A DNA stretch of 38,591 nucleotides from Acidobacteriota bacterium (GCA_050010475.1 JBEKKY010000002.1:1-38591), one strand, 5' to 3'; shown: positions 5,338-14,437, counted from the stretch's first letter. The notes: a model not told the origin generated them from the sequence alone. Made by a program: numbers and translations.

Positions 5338-8313
5338 ATGTTCACTCATCTGCACGTTCACTCAAACTTCTCGTTCTGCCGCGGCGCGAGCCGAATTGAG
5401 GATCTCGTTGATGCGGCTCTGGCCCGCGGCATGTCTTCAATGGCGTTAACCGACATCAACGGGGTCTACGGCCTGGTCTGGTTTCGCCAGTATGCCGCGG
5501 AGCGCGGCTTGCGTCCGATCGCAGGCGCCGAATTGCGAACAGAAACCGAACGCGCGGTTCTTCTGGCGCACAACCGCGACGGATATGAAACCCTCTGCCG
5601 CATTATTTCCCGGCGCCATTTCGAACCCGCTTTCAGTTTGAGCGGAAGTCTCATGGAGCAGAGAGAAAACCTGATCGTGATCAGCGATCGGCTCCCGCTT
5701 TTGCAGACGCTTGCCAAACAGAATGGGACCGGCCAGATCTATGTGGAGCTGAACGATCCCGTAGCGGAGTCTCCGCTTTTGAGTTTCTCCCGGGCCTGCG
5801 GAATTCCGGCGGTCGCAACCAACGACGTCTATTTCGTGGATCCATCGGATTTCCCGCTGCACCGGCTGCTGCGTGCGATCGACCTGAACGCGTGCCTGTC
5901 GCGGCTCCCTCCGGGGGAAGTGGTGAGCGAGGATCGCTGGCTTAAGCCGGAGGAGGCGATGGCACGCCGGTATCCCCACGTCACGAAGGCGTTGGAGAAC
6001 ACGCAACGAATTGCGGCCGATTGTTCTGCGGATCTGGATGCGGGCGTCGTGTTTCCGTCCTTTGACGTTCCCGATGGATCGGATCCCTTTGAATATCTGA
6101 AAGAGGAGTGTTATCGCGGGGCCGAGCGCAGGTACGGCGAACTTTCGGACTCCGTGCTGAAACGGCTGGAACACGAACTGGCGATTATCAAGGACAAAGG
6201 ATTCGCAACCTATTTTCTGATCGTAAGGGATATCGTGCGCCAGTCTGCGCGGACCTGCGGCCGCGGGTCCGCCGCCGCGAGCCTCGTCGCATACTGCCTC
6301 GGGATCACCCACGTGGAGCCTGTCACGCACAATCTGTTTTTCGAACGCTTCCTGAACGAAGGACGCACGGATCCGCCCGACATCGATATTGATTTTCCCT
6401 GGGATGAGCGTGACGGCGTTTTCGACTACGTTTTCCGGAAATACGGCGCTTCCAGGGCTGCGATGATTTCGAATCACGTGGGATTTCGGCCGCGGGCTGC
6501 CGTCAGGGAGATCGCGAAAGTGTATGGAATTCCCGAGCAGGAAATCAAATCCGTCACACAACGGATGGGCTATTACTGGTCGCTTCGCCATCTGGACGAC
6601 AGAATTAAGGATGATCCCGTGTACAAGGACATGGAATTGAAAGATCCGTGGCCTGAGATTTTCCGGCTTGCAACCAGACTGAAAGGGTATCCGCGCTATA
6701 TGTCGGTCCATTGCGGCGGAATCGTGATCGCTCCCGACCGGATCGATCGGTATGTTCCGGTCGAGCCTGCGCCCAAGGGCGTGCCGATCATCCAGTGGGA
6801 GAAAGACCAGGCGGAAGATGCCGGTTTGATCAAGATCGACCTCCTCGGAAACAGGTCTTTGTCGGTGATCCGGGACGCCCTGTCCGCGGTCAAGGAAAAC
6901 TACGGAATAGAAATCGATTATGCGCAATGGGACCCTACGACGGATCCAAAGACGCAGGAGATCTTTCGCAAAGGGGAGACCGTGGGCGTATTCTATACGG
7001 AATCTCCCTCGATGCGGCAATTACAGCAGAAGTGCCGCATGGGAGATTTCGATCACCTGGTTATTCACAGCTCGATCATCCGTCCTGCCGCCAACAAATA
7101 TATTCGCGAATATGTACGCCGCCTGAGAGGCGGCCGATACCAGTCGCTGCATCCGATGTTGGACGAGGTGTTGAGCGAGACATACGGAATCATGGTGTAC
7201 CAGGAAGACATCTCCAGGATCGCGATGGCGATGGCCGGATTCGACGCGCCGGATGCGGACCTGCTGCGGAAAGTCCTTTCGAAAAAGCGCGCCGCGAAGA
7301 AACTCGAGGAGTACAGGGTGAAGTTCTACGCCGGGGCTGCGGACCGTGGCGTTTTGCGGAAAACGGTCGACGCGGTCTGGGACATGATCATGAGTTTTGC
7401 CGGATATTCGTTTTGCAAGCCCCACTCTGCTTCCTATGCTCTGTTGTCTTATAAATCGGGCTATCTGCGCGCGCACTACCCGGCCGAGTTTATCGCGGCG
7501 GTGCTGTCCAATCAGGGGGGCTACTATTCTCCCTTCGCATATGTCTCGGAGGCCCGCCGAATGGGGCTGCAGGTGCTTCTGCCGGATATTAACGAGAGCC
7601 GCAAAGCATACTGGGGTAACGATCGGGCTGTCCGGGTGGGACTCATGCAGCTGAAGGGCCTACACGAAAGTGCGCTCGAAACCATCCTCGAACGGCGCAA
7701 AAAGGGACCGTTTGTTTCACTCGATGATTTCCTGTGCCGTGTAGATATCGATGTGGCGGACACAAAGATCCTGATCAAGTCCGGAGCCTTCGACAGCATC
7801 GCGCGGGGCGCAACGCGGCCGGAAATGATCTGGCAAGCGTTGGCTTGGAGTGAGAACCGCGCATCCCGGCGGCCGGTTGCGCGCTCCCTTTTTCAAGACA
7901 TGCCGCAGGTCGCTCCTCCGCCGGTACCCCAGTACAGTGCACGAACGGTGCTGGAGCACGAATTGGAGACTCTGGATTTTCTGATCAGCCGGCATCCGCT
8001 GTCGCTCTATGCCGATCAGCTGTCAAAACTGAAATATGTCAAAGGTGCGGATCTTCCTAAGCACGTGGGAAGAAGAATAACCACGGTGGGCTGGTGGGTG
8101 ACGGGGAAGCTCGTCACGACCAAGGATGACGAGCCGATGGAATTCATCAGTTTCGAAGACGCCAGCGCTCTTTACGAAACAGTCTTCTTTCCCCAGGCCT
8201 ACGCGCGCTTCTGCCACATCCTGAACCGTTCGCGTCCGTATGTATTAACCGGAGTTGTGGAAGAAGAGTTCGGCGTCTGCACTCTTACGGTAAATTCCGT
8301 CTGCCTGCTGTAG
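5338..8313 (+). CDS. dnaE2: Error-prone DNA polymerase III alpha-like subunit DnaE2 (ImuC)
   Basis: PHP domain opening MFTHLHVHSNFSF and pol III alpha core blocks (e.g. SVHCGGIVIAP, FCKPHSASYALLSY). The 991-aa length and the position downstream of imuB fit DnaE2 rather than the replicative DnaE. Confidence 0.9.
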   Translation: MFTHLHVHSNFSFCRGASRIEDLVDAALARGMSSMALTDINGVYGLVWFRQYAAERGLRPIAGAELRTETERAVLLAHNRDGYETLCRIISRRHFEPAFSLSGSLMEQRENLIVISDRLPLLQTLAKQNGTGQIYVELNDPVAESPLLSFSRACGIPAVATNDVYFVDPSDFPLHRLLRAIDLNACLSRLPPGEVVSEDRWLKPEEAMARRYPHVTKALENTQRIAADCSADLDAGVVFPSFDVPDGSDPFEYLKEECYRGAERRYGELSDSVLKRLEHELAIIKDKGFATYFLIVRDIVRQSARTCGRGSAAASLVAYCLGITHVEPVTHNLFFERFLNEGRTDPPDIDIDFPWDERDGVFDYVFRKYGASRAAMISNHVGFRPRAAVREIAKVYGIPEQEIKSVTQRMGYYWSLRHLDDRIKDDPVYKDMELKDPWPEIFRLATRLKGYPRYMSVHCGGIVIAPDRIDRYVPVEPAPKGVPIIQWEKDQAEDAGLIKIDLLGNRSLSVIRDALSAVKENYGIEIDYAQWDPTTDPKTQEIFRKGETVGVFYTESPSMRQLQQKCRMGDFDHLVIHSSIIRPAANKYIREYVRRLRGGRYQSLHPMLDEVLSETYGIMVYQEDISRIAMAMAGFDAPDADLLRKVLSKKRAAKKLEEYRVKFYAGAADRGVLRKTVDAVWDMIMSFAGYSFCKPHSASYALLSYKSGYLRAHYPAEFIAAVLSNQGGYYSPFAYVSEARRMGLQVLLPDINESRKAYWGNDRAVRVGLMQLKGLHESALETILERRKKGPFVSLDDFLCRVDIDVADTKILIKSGAFDSIARGATRPEMIWQALAWSENRASRRPVARSLFQDMPQVAPPPVPQYSARTVLEHELETLDFLISRHPLSLYADQLSKLKYVKGADLPKHVGRRITTVGWWVTGKLVTTKDDEPMEFISFEDASALYETVFFPQAYARFCHILNRSRPYVLTGVVEEEFGVCTLTVNSVCLL

Positions 8314-8437
8314 TGTAGGACTCAACTCGTACACCGATATCGTGAATGCGTATTGGGAATTTGGAACAGATATATGGCCAATCCGAACAAGCCCTCATTG
8401 GAACCGCAGACGTGAGATTCATATTCGATGAGGCTGA

Positions 8438-8506
8438 GGCGACACGGTATTCATTGGAGGGGGGCGGGTTTTAATCCGTGATAATCCGTGAAATCCGTGG
8501 CGTCTT
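8438..8506. repeat. Degenerate copy of the CGCCACGGATT / AATCCGTGGCG octamer-hairpin family
   Basis: The right arm has three tandem units, aatccgtg ataatccgtg aaatccgtggcg (8473-8502). The left arm ggcgacacggtattca is decayed. Confidence 0.4.
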
Positions 8507-8542
8507 TATGATAAATGTGAACCACACTCACAGGAGGAGATA

Positions 8543-9304
8543 ATGAACGGCTCACTATTGGTTCGGTTTCTTTTCTCAGCGGCGCTGCTATGTGTCACGA
8601 CTACCCTTGCATCCTATGCACAAAACAGCTTTCAGACAGATGTGATCAAGACATCCGGCGGCGATTTAAATATCACCTTCATCGGTCACGGCACTCTCAT
8701 GTTCGAGTATTCGGGAAAGGTGATCGATGTGGATCCAGTCTCGATGTACGCGGATTTCTCCAAACTTCCCAAGGCAGATCTGATCCTGGTCACACATGAG
8801 CATGCCGATCATCTGGACCCGAAAGCCATTGAAGCCGTCAAAACGCCCAAAACCACCATCATCATCAATCCAGGCTTTGCAAAAACCCTTAATCCAGACT
8901 CTGCAAAAACCCTTGCCTATGCGACCGTGATGAGAAATGGGGAAACCAAGACTGTTACCGGCATCACGATCGAGGCTGTGCCTGCCTATAACCCGGAGAA
9001 GCCGCAATTCCATCCGAGAGGCAACGGAAATGGATACGTACTTACTTTCGGGGGCAAGCGGGTCTTTGTGGCCGGCGATACCGAAAACGTTCCGGAGATC
9101 AAAGCCCTGAGAAATATCGATGTGGCATTTCTGCCTATGAATCTGCCTTTTACGATGACGCCCGAGCAGGTGGCCGATGTCGCGAAATCCATGCGGCCGA
9201 AAATACTGTACCCATACCACTACGGCAACACGGATCCCCAACTGCTTGTGAACCTCTTGAGGGACGAGGAGGGAATCGAAGTCCGCGTCCGGAATATGAG
9301 ATAG
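8543..9304 (+). CDS. Secreted MBL-fold metallo-hydrolase
   Basis: Signal peptide LLCVTTTLASYAQN, the metal motif LILVTHEHADHLD, and a strong RBS (caggaggag) before the ATG. Confidence 0.85.
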   Translation: MNGSLLVRFLFSAALLCVTTTLASYAQNSFQTDVIKTSGGDLNITFIGHGTLMFEYSGKVIDVDPVSMYADFSKLPKADLILVTHEHADHLDPKAIEAVKTPKTTIIINPGFAKTLNPDSAKTLAYATVMRNGETKTVTGITIEAVPAYNPEKPQFHPRGNGNGYVLTFGGKRVFVAGDTENVPEIKALRNIDVAFLPMNLPFTMTPEQVADVAKSMRPKILYPYHYGNTDPQLLVNLLRDEEGIEVRVRNMR

Positions 9305-9370
9305 CGAGCCTCAGCCACAGATTTCCCGGCGCGGCCGGGGACGCAACCAAACAGAAGCGTAGAACCTCTA

Positions 9371-9470
9371 TTGAACATGTGGGGACGGCTCTCCAGAGCC
9401 GTCCCGCCCGAGCGATCCTAAGACTGGAAATCCGGACGGGTCTGGGGACCCGTCCGCACATGTTTTTCAA
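9371..9470. repeat. REPIN-like doublet: two inverted copies of a ~31-nt hairpin unit (CATGTG-GGACGG-loop-CCGTCC)
   Basis: Hairpin 1 is 9382-9405 (gggacggc / gccgtccc). Hairpin 2 is 9434-9455 (ggacggg / cccgtcc). The outer stem is aacatgtg 9374-9381 with cacatgtt 9457-9464. Confidence 0.6.
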
Positions 9471-9579
9471 TTTTAAGACAACCTCTCGAGAGAGACGTGC
9501 TCGAATAAAAGCTTGCTGAAAAAGCAAGAAAATGCGCGTTTGTTATCACGGAAACGGCCAATCTGTGAAATCTGCAGGT

Positions 9580-9601
9580 AAAATGGTGACAGTCACCGTT
9601 T
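9580..9601. repeat. Short palindrome AAAATGGTGACAGTCACCGTTT, one of two near-identical copies in the window
   Basis: ggtgac/gtcacc core flanked by an A-run and a T-run. The second copy is at 26885-26907. Confidence 0.5.
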
Positions 9602-9646
9602 AGCCTGTGCTAATCTTGTCCTATTACTTCTTCGGACGGAGAGAAT

Positions 9647-11764
9647 ATGCGAAACCCCCTACTGTTCCTTCTTTGTCTAGCGTTTCTTTTTTCAATCTCA
9701 TGTTCGCAGGAGACCAGCATGAATACATCCAGAAAAGAAGGTGGCCGGCCTGACGATTCGATTCCTGCGCCAACATGGATGAAGGGAGCCTCGGCGAAAG
9801 TCGAGAACGAACTTGTCAAGCAGTATGGCGAAGTGCAGCGCGCCCGCGTGCAGCGCGGATTAAAACAGGTATCTGACTTCTGGCGTGCATCGGACGGTGA
9901 CCCGGTTCTCTTCGAAGAATTTGTTCACACGAATTTTGCCGGGAATCAAGAATCCTTGGATACGATGTTTGCCCGCTTTGAGAATCTGCTGGAACAGTAT
10001 TTCGGACATATGAGCGAGATCGACCGTGAGTTCCGTCAGCAGACAGACCTCGATTTGGGCCCCGTGCAGCCTTACGACGAGATTTTCGCAGGCTATGATC
10101 CTTTTGCGCACCTGACGGACGATTTCTTCAACAACAAACTGGCATTTGTGGTGCTGCTGAATTTTCCTTTGACGACGCTGAATGAACGGCTGGCCGAGGG
10201 TGATAAATGGACGCGCCGGCAATGGGCGGAAACCCGCCTTGCCGAATATTTTTCAAAGCGCATCCCTGCCGACGTCAATCTGGCAATCTCGAAGGCAACC
10301 GCGGAGGCAAGCCAGTATGTCTCCGAATACAATATCTGGATGCACCATCTGATCGACGATCAGAGGCGCCGCCTTTTCCCCGCCCGAATGCGTCTGCTCT
10401 CTCATTGGAATCTGCGGGATGAGATCAAAGCCGATTACCAGGATTCGCAGAACGGACTGGCGAAGCAGCGCTTAATCGAAAAGGTGATGGAGCATATCGT
10501 CGACCAGACGATCCCTGAATCGGTCATCAATAATCCTCAGCTGGATTGGAATCCATTTTCGAATGATGTGAAATCCGCCGCCGAAAAAGACTCAGATTTC
10601 GCGCCGGGCGGCAAGAAGGCGGTCAATGCACCGGAACCGAACACCCGCTATCTGAGACTGCTCGAAGTCTTCCGGGCATCCAAGCTTGCCGATCCGTATT
10701 CCCCGACTGCGCCCACTCTGATTTCACGCCGTTTCAACGAAGACCGGCAGATACCGGAAGAGCGCGTGCAGAAAATGTTCGAGCAGGTGCTCTCTTCTCC
10801 AATTGTGCCCCGCGTTGCTGCGCTGATTCAGCAACGGCTGGGCCGTCCGCTCGAGCCGTTCGACATCTGGTACAACGGTTTCCGGCCCAAGATGCAGTAC
10901 TCCGAGGCGGAACTTGACGCGAAGGTATCCCAAAAGTATCCCAACCCGAAAGCTTACGAGAAGGACATTCCTGCATTGTTGGAAAAGCTTGGGTTCGCTC
11001 CGGAGCGGGCAAGATTCGTTGCCGAAAACATCGTGGTCGACCCGGCGCGCGGCTCTGGGCATGCGATGGGAGCTGCCATGCGCCAGGCTAAAGCACATCT
11101 GCGCACGCGGGTCGAAAAATCGGGGATGAACTACAAAGGGTTTAATATTGCCGTACATGAAATGGGACACAACGTGGAGGAGACTTTTTCGTTGAATACC
11201 ATCGACTACTACACCTTGAATGGAGTCCCGAATACGGCATTTACCGAGGCGCTGGCATTCGTGTTTCAGGGGCGGGATCTTCAGCTGCTGGGGCTTCAGT
11301 CCCCCGATGCCCAGGCGGAAGCTCTCAAAGCCCTGAACGATTTTTGGGCGACCTACGAGATTTGCGGAGTCAGTTTGGTGGACATGCGGGTTTGGCACTG
11401 GATGTACGATCATCCGCAAGCCACACCGGAACAGTTGCGGGATGCGGTCCTACAGATCTCAAAGGATATTTGGAACCGATTCTACGAGCCGGTCTTTCAC
11501 AAGAAGGATGTGGTGCTGCTCGGGATCTATTCGCATATGATTGATTCCTTGCTGTACCTTCCGGATTACCCGCTTGGACATATGATTGCCTTTCAGCTGG
11601 AAGAGCACATGGAGAAGGCCGGCAGGATCGGGCCGGAATTCGAGCGGGTTGCCAGACAGGGACGGATTGCGCCGGATCTCTGGATGAGAGGTGCCACAGG
11701 ATCTCCAGTCGGCCCGGAAGACCTTCTTGCCGCAGCCGAGCGTGCATTGAGCGTAGTGAAATAA
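9647..11764 (+). CDS. Lipoprotein, putative gluzincin (M3/M2-like) zinc metallopeptidase
   Basis: Lipobox LFSISC after a hydrophobic leader. HEXXH motif VHEMGHN with a candidate third ligand Glu 30 residues after the first His (AFTEALAF), a spacing like M3/M2 gluzincins. The family assignment is tentative. Confidence 0.7.
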   Translation: MRNPLLFLLCLAFLFSISCSQETSMNTSRKEGGRPDDSIPAPTWMKGASAKVENELVKQYGEVQRARVQRGLKQVSDFWRASDGDPVLFEEFVHTNFAGNQESLDTMFARFENLLEQYFGHMSEIDREFRQQTDLDLGPVQPYDEIFAGYDPFAHLTDDFFNNKLAFVVLLNFPLTTLNERLAEGDKWTRRQWAETRLAEYFSKRIPADVNLAISKATAEASQYVSEYNIWMHHLIDDQRRRLFPARMRLLSHWNLRDEIKADYQDSQNGLAKQRLIEKVMEHIVDQTIPESVINNPQLDWNPFSNDVKSAAEKDSDFAPGGKKAVNAPEPNTRYLRLLEVFRASKLADPYSPTAPTLISRRFNEDRQIPEERVQKMFEQVLSSPIVPRVAALIQQRLGRPLEPFDIWYNGFRPKMQYSEAELDAKVSQKYPNPKAYEKDIPALLEKLGFAPERARFVAENIVVDPARGSGHAMGAAMRQAKAHLRTRVEKSGMNYKGFNIAVHEMGHNVEETFSLNTIDYYTLNGVPNTAFTEALAFVFQGRDLQLLGLQSPDAQAEALKALNDFWATYEICGVSLVDMRVWHWMYDHPQATPEQLRDAVLQISKDIWNRFYEPVFHKKDVVLLGIYSHMIDSLLYLPDYPLGHMIAFQLEEHMEKAGRIGPEFERVARQGRIAPDLWMRGATGSPVGPEDLLAAAERALSVVK

Positions 11765-11780
11765 TAGCAGAGGTCTTTTT

Positions 11781-11878
11781 GCCGGGAGCGCCGGCGTCTC
11801 GCCGGCTCCTTACTGCGTGTTGAGCATTGCAGGTTCGAAACGCTGCAAAAGAGCCGGCGAGACGCCGGCGCTCCCGGC
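11781..11878. repeat. REPIN-like palindromic element (GGGAGC-GCCGGCG-TCT-CGCCGGC unit, two inverted copies, 46-nt spacer)
   Basis: 11781-11806 is the perfect reverse complement of 11853-11878 (26 bp). Each unit is itself a 7-bp hairpin. A homologous element lies at 28118-28218. Confidence 0.8.
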
Positions 11879-11897
11879 GTTCCCAGAGGGGGGTCGG

Positions 11898-13031
11898 ATG
11901 ATTGTCGGGATACCCAAAGAGAGTTCTCAGGAGGAACGCCGGGTAGCATTGACGCCGGCGGGTGTCCACTCGCTGTTAAAGGCGGGGCAAACGGTAATCG
12001 CGCAGTCCGATGCGGGAATCGGCTGCGGCTTTTCTATCGAATCGTACAGGGAAGCCGGGGCCACAATCGCTTTTTCCGCGGAAGAAGTCTTCGCGCGCGC
12101 GGACCTGGTTGTCAAGGTGATGCCTCCCACCTTGCAGGAATGCAGCTGGATGGGCGAAGGCAAGTTCCTTTTCAGCGTGGTGCATCTTGGGTCTGCCAAT
12201 CCGGGGATCCATCAGCTCCTGCGATCGCAACGCGTCATCGCCGTTGGATTGGAGCTCATCGAAGATGCCGATCATTATATGCCGATCCTCATGGCCATGA
12301 GTGAAATTGCCGGCACGCTGGTGCCGCAGATCGCCGGGCGATTTCTGGAAACGACTCACGGCGGAAGAGGCGTCATGCTGGGCGGTTTGCCGGGAGTTCC
12401 CGCCTCTCATGTTGTTATCGTGGGCGCAGGCACCGCCGGGTCTGCGGCCGCACGTGTTTTTGCCGGCTATGGGGCCAGCGTTACCGTAATGGACGACAAT
12501 CTCAAACGGTTGCGCGTTGTGGACTCCAATTTGCCCCGAATGGTCAATACGGCACTGGCAACATCCTATAACATAGCCCGCTATGTCAGTTCGGCAGATG
12601 TCGTTGTCGGCGCCGTCTGGGTGCATGGGCAGACGGCGCCGCACGTCATCACGGAATCCATGGTTCGGAAAATGCGGCCCGGCAGCGTCATTATCGATCT
12701 CTCCATCGACCACGGCGGCTGCGTCGAAACCAGTCGGCCCACCACTCTGTCGGACCCGGTATTCAAAAAACATGGAGTGATTCATTACTGCGTTCCCAAC
12801 ATCCCTTCCTCAGTTGCTCGGACCGCTTCCCACGCGCTGAACAATGTCATCGTGCCGTTTGTCGAGGATGTGGAAGAAAAAGGCGGCGAATCATTCCGGG
12901 ATAACCTTGCCCTCCGGCGGGGAGTGTATCTGTTTTCCGGACACTGCACTCATGAAGCGTTGGCGGGTTTGCTGGGTTGTGAATACCGCAGTCTCGATTC
13001 ACTGTTGAGCACTTCGACTCGTGAGGTCTGA
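11898..13031 (+). CDS. ald: Alanine dehydrogenase family protein
   Basis: Opening MIVGIPKESSQEERRVALTPAGV, NAD motif VVIVGAGTAGSAAA, and RBS gagggggg before the ATG at 11898. The 11817 start in the ORF track reads through the palindromic element. Confidence 0.75.
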   Translation: MIVGIPKESSQEERRVALTPAGVHSLLKAGQTVIAQSDAGIGCGFSIESYREAGATIAFSAEEVFARADLVVKVMPPTLQECSWMGEGKFLFSVVHLGSANPGIHQLLRSQRVIAVGLELIEDADHYMPILMAMSEIAGTLVPQIAGRFLETTHGGRGVMLGGLPGVPASHVVIVGAGTAGSAAARVFAGYGASVTVMDDNLKRLRVVDSNLPRMVNTALATSYNIARYVSSADVVVGAVWVHGQTAPHVITESMVRKMRPGSVIIDLSIDHGGCVETSRPTTLSDPVFKKHGVIHYCVPNIPSSVARTASHALNNVIVPFVEDVEEKGGESFRDNLALRRGVYLFSGHCTHEALAGLLGCEYRSLDSLLSTSTREV

Positions 13032-13033
13032 GT

Positions 13034-14380
13034 ATGTCAACCTCGACGCCGCAACTGGATGGAAAGCGCGCTGCCGGCCGGCGAGCAACCTGGCTGGTCA
13101 AATACCTGGAAAAAAGGCGAAGCGCCGCGGAAGCGGTCAAAGCGATTCGCAGCGGCGATTGCGTTTACATTCACCAAGGATGCGCGGAACCGGAGCAGTT
13201 GGTCAGAGCCATGGTGGCACGCGCAGATGAGCTTCGAAAGGTGAAGGTCGTTCACATATTGACCACCGGCGCTGCCGACTATGTTCGTCCCGAAATGGCG
13301 GAGAGCTTCCGGCATGTCGCGCTTTTTTCCGGGGCAAATGTGCGCGAAGCGATTAATGAAGGCCGCGCCGACTTCGTGCCCATTTTCCTGAGCGAAATCG
13401 AATCGCTGTTCAGCAGCGGAGCTTTGCCCATTGATGTCGCCCTGATTCAAGTCTCGCCTCCCGATGAACACGGGTTCTGCAGCTTTGGAGTCGGTGTGGA
13501 TACGACCAAGACAGCTGCCGAATGCGCCCGCATCGTGATTGCCCAGGTCAATCCCAAGATGCCCAGAACTCTGGGCGACTCTTTCATCCACTTGAATAAA
13601 ATCCATTATGTCGTCGAAGTCACGGATGATCTCCTCGAAATTCCTATGGGGGAAATCTCTGAAACGGCGATGCGAATCGGACGCCATATCGCCGACCTGA
13701 TCGAGGACGGTTCCACGTTGCAGCTCGGGATCGGAGAAATCCCCGACGCCGTTTTGAATTACCTCACCGAAAAAAAACACCTGGGCGTCCATTCCGAGAT
13801 GGTGAGTGACGGTGTCATCGACCTGATCGAAAAAGGAATCATTACCAACGAGCAAAAGACGCTGCACTCCGGGAAAATTCTGGCGGGATTTGTGCTCGGG
13901 ACCAGGCGGCTGTTTGAGTACATCCACAATAATCCAGTCTTCGAGTTTCACCCCAGCCAGTACATCAACGACCCGTTCATTATCAGCCGCAACGATAAAC
14001 TGGTAGCCATCAACTCGGCGATCGAGCTGGATTTGACGGGCCAGATCTGTGCGGATTCGATCGGATACAGCTTCTATAGCGGAATTGGAGGACAGATCGA
14101 TTTCGTGCGCGGCGCCGCCCGAAGCAAAGGGGGGAAGCCGATTATTGCTCTGCGCTCAACAGCGCTCAATGACAGCGTCAGCCGCATCGTCCCTCATTTA
14201 AAGGAAGGGGCCGGAGTCGTGACCTCCAGGGGCGATGTCCATTATGTCGTGACGGAGTTCGGCGTGGCGTACCTGCATGGGAAAACGGTCCGGGAACGTT
14301 GCCAGTCCCTGATCAACATTGCCCATCCGAAATTTCGGGAAGAACTGGAGAGAACCGCACACGAGCGAAATTTTCTGTAG
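13034..14380 (+). CDS. Acetyl-CoA hydrolase/transferase family protein (4-hydroxybutyrate CoA-transferase-like)
   Basis: SAAEAVKAIRSGDCVYIHQGCAEPEQLV at the N-terminus and GIGGQIDFVRGA in the C-terminal domain. The start is 2 nt after the ald stop. Confidence 0.85.
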   Translation: MSTSTPQLDGKRAAGRRATWLVKYLEKRRSAAEAVKAIRSGDCVYIHQGCAEPEQLVRAMVARADELRKVKVVHILTTGAADYVRPEMAESFRHVALFSGANVREAINEGRADFVPIFLSEIESLFSSGALPIDVALIQVSPPDEHGFCSFGVGVDTTKTAAECARIVIAQVNPKMPRTLGDSFIHLNKIHYVVEVTDDLLEIPMGEISETAMRIGRHIADLIEDGSTLQLGIGEIPDAVLNYLTEKKHLGVHSEMVSDGVIDLIEKGIITNEQKTLHSGKILAGFVLGTRRLFEYIHNNPVFEFHPSQYINDPFIISRNDKLVAINSAIELDLTGQICADSIGYSFYSGIGGQIDFVRGAARSKGGKPIIALRSTALNDSVSRIVPHLKEGAGVVTSRGDVHYVVTEFGVAYLHGKTVRERCQSLINIAHPKFREELERTAHERNFL

Positions 14381-14383
14381 CAA

Positions 14384-14437
14384 AAAAAACGCCACGGATT
14401 TCACTGATTTAAGATCGGTGGAATCCGTGGCGTTTTT
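14384..14437. terminator. Bidirectional intrinsic terminator-like hairpin, CGCCACGGATT family
   Basis: aaaaacgccacggatt (14385-14400) pairs with aatccgtggcgttttt (14422-14437). An A-run and a T-run flank the stem, and it lies between convergent stop codons. Confidence 0.75.

Noticed and set aside
5446-7020. 524-aa minus-strand ORF antisense to dnaE2. Similar long antisense ORFs occur at 11976-12785, 13037-13951, 20770-21738, 34020-34928 and 35267-36304.
   Set aside because: Each lies entirely inside a confidently recognised gene on the other strand. Their translations are Arg/Pro/Gly-rich with no recognisable motifs. This is the expected behaviour of open antisense frames in GC-rich DNA.
7705-7722. 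parS-like half site (tgtttcac) that might serve the ParB-like protein.
   Set aside because: It is a single half site inside the dnaE2 coding sequence, is not palindromic, and lies 8 kb from the ParB-like gene.
9150-9527. 125-aa minus-strand ORF and other short ORFs across the 9305-9646 gap (also 33432-33953 antisense over hisI, 18957-19238 and 37983-38243).
   Set aside because: They are translations of repeat and hairpin DNA or antisense to real genes, with no start context or motifs.
11817-11897. N-terminal extensions proposed by the ORF track for ald (11817), imuB (4040), the SPL-like gene (16617), hisD (28244) and the TPR protein (15554).
   Set aside because: The extensions are read from palindromic repeat elements or lack an RBS. 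Downstream ATGs with better RBS and family-typical N-termini exist in each case.
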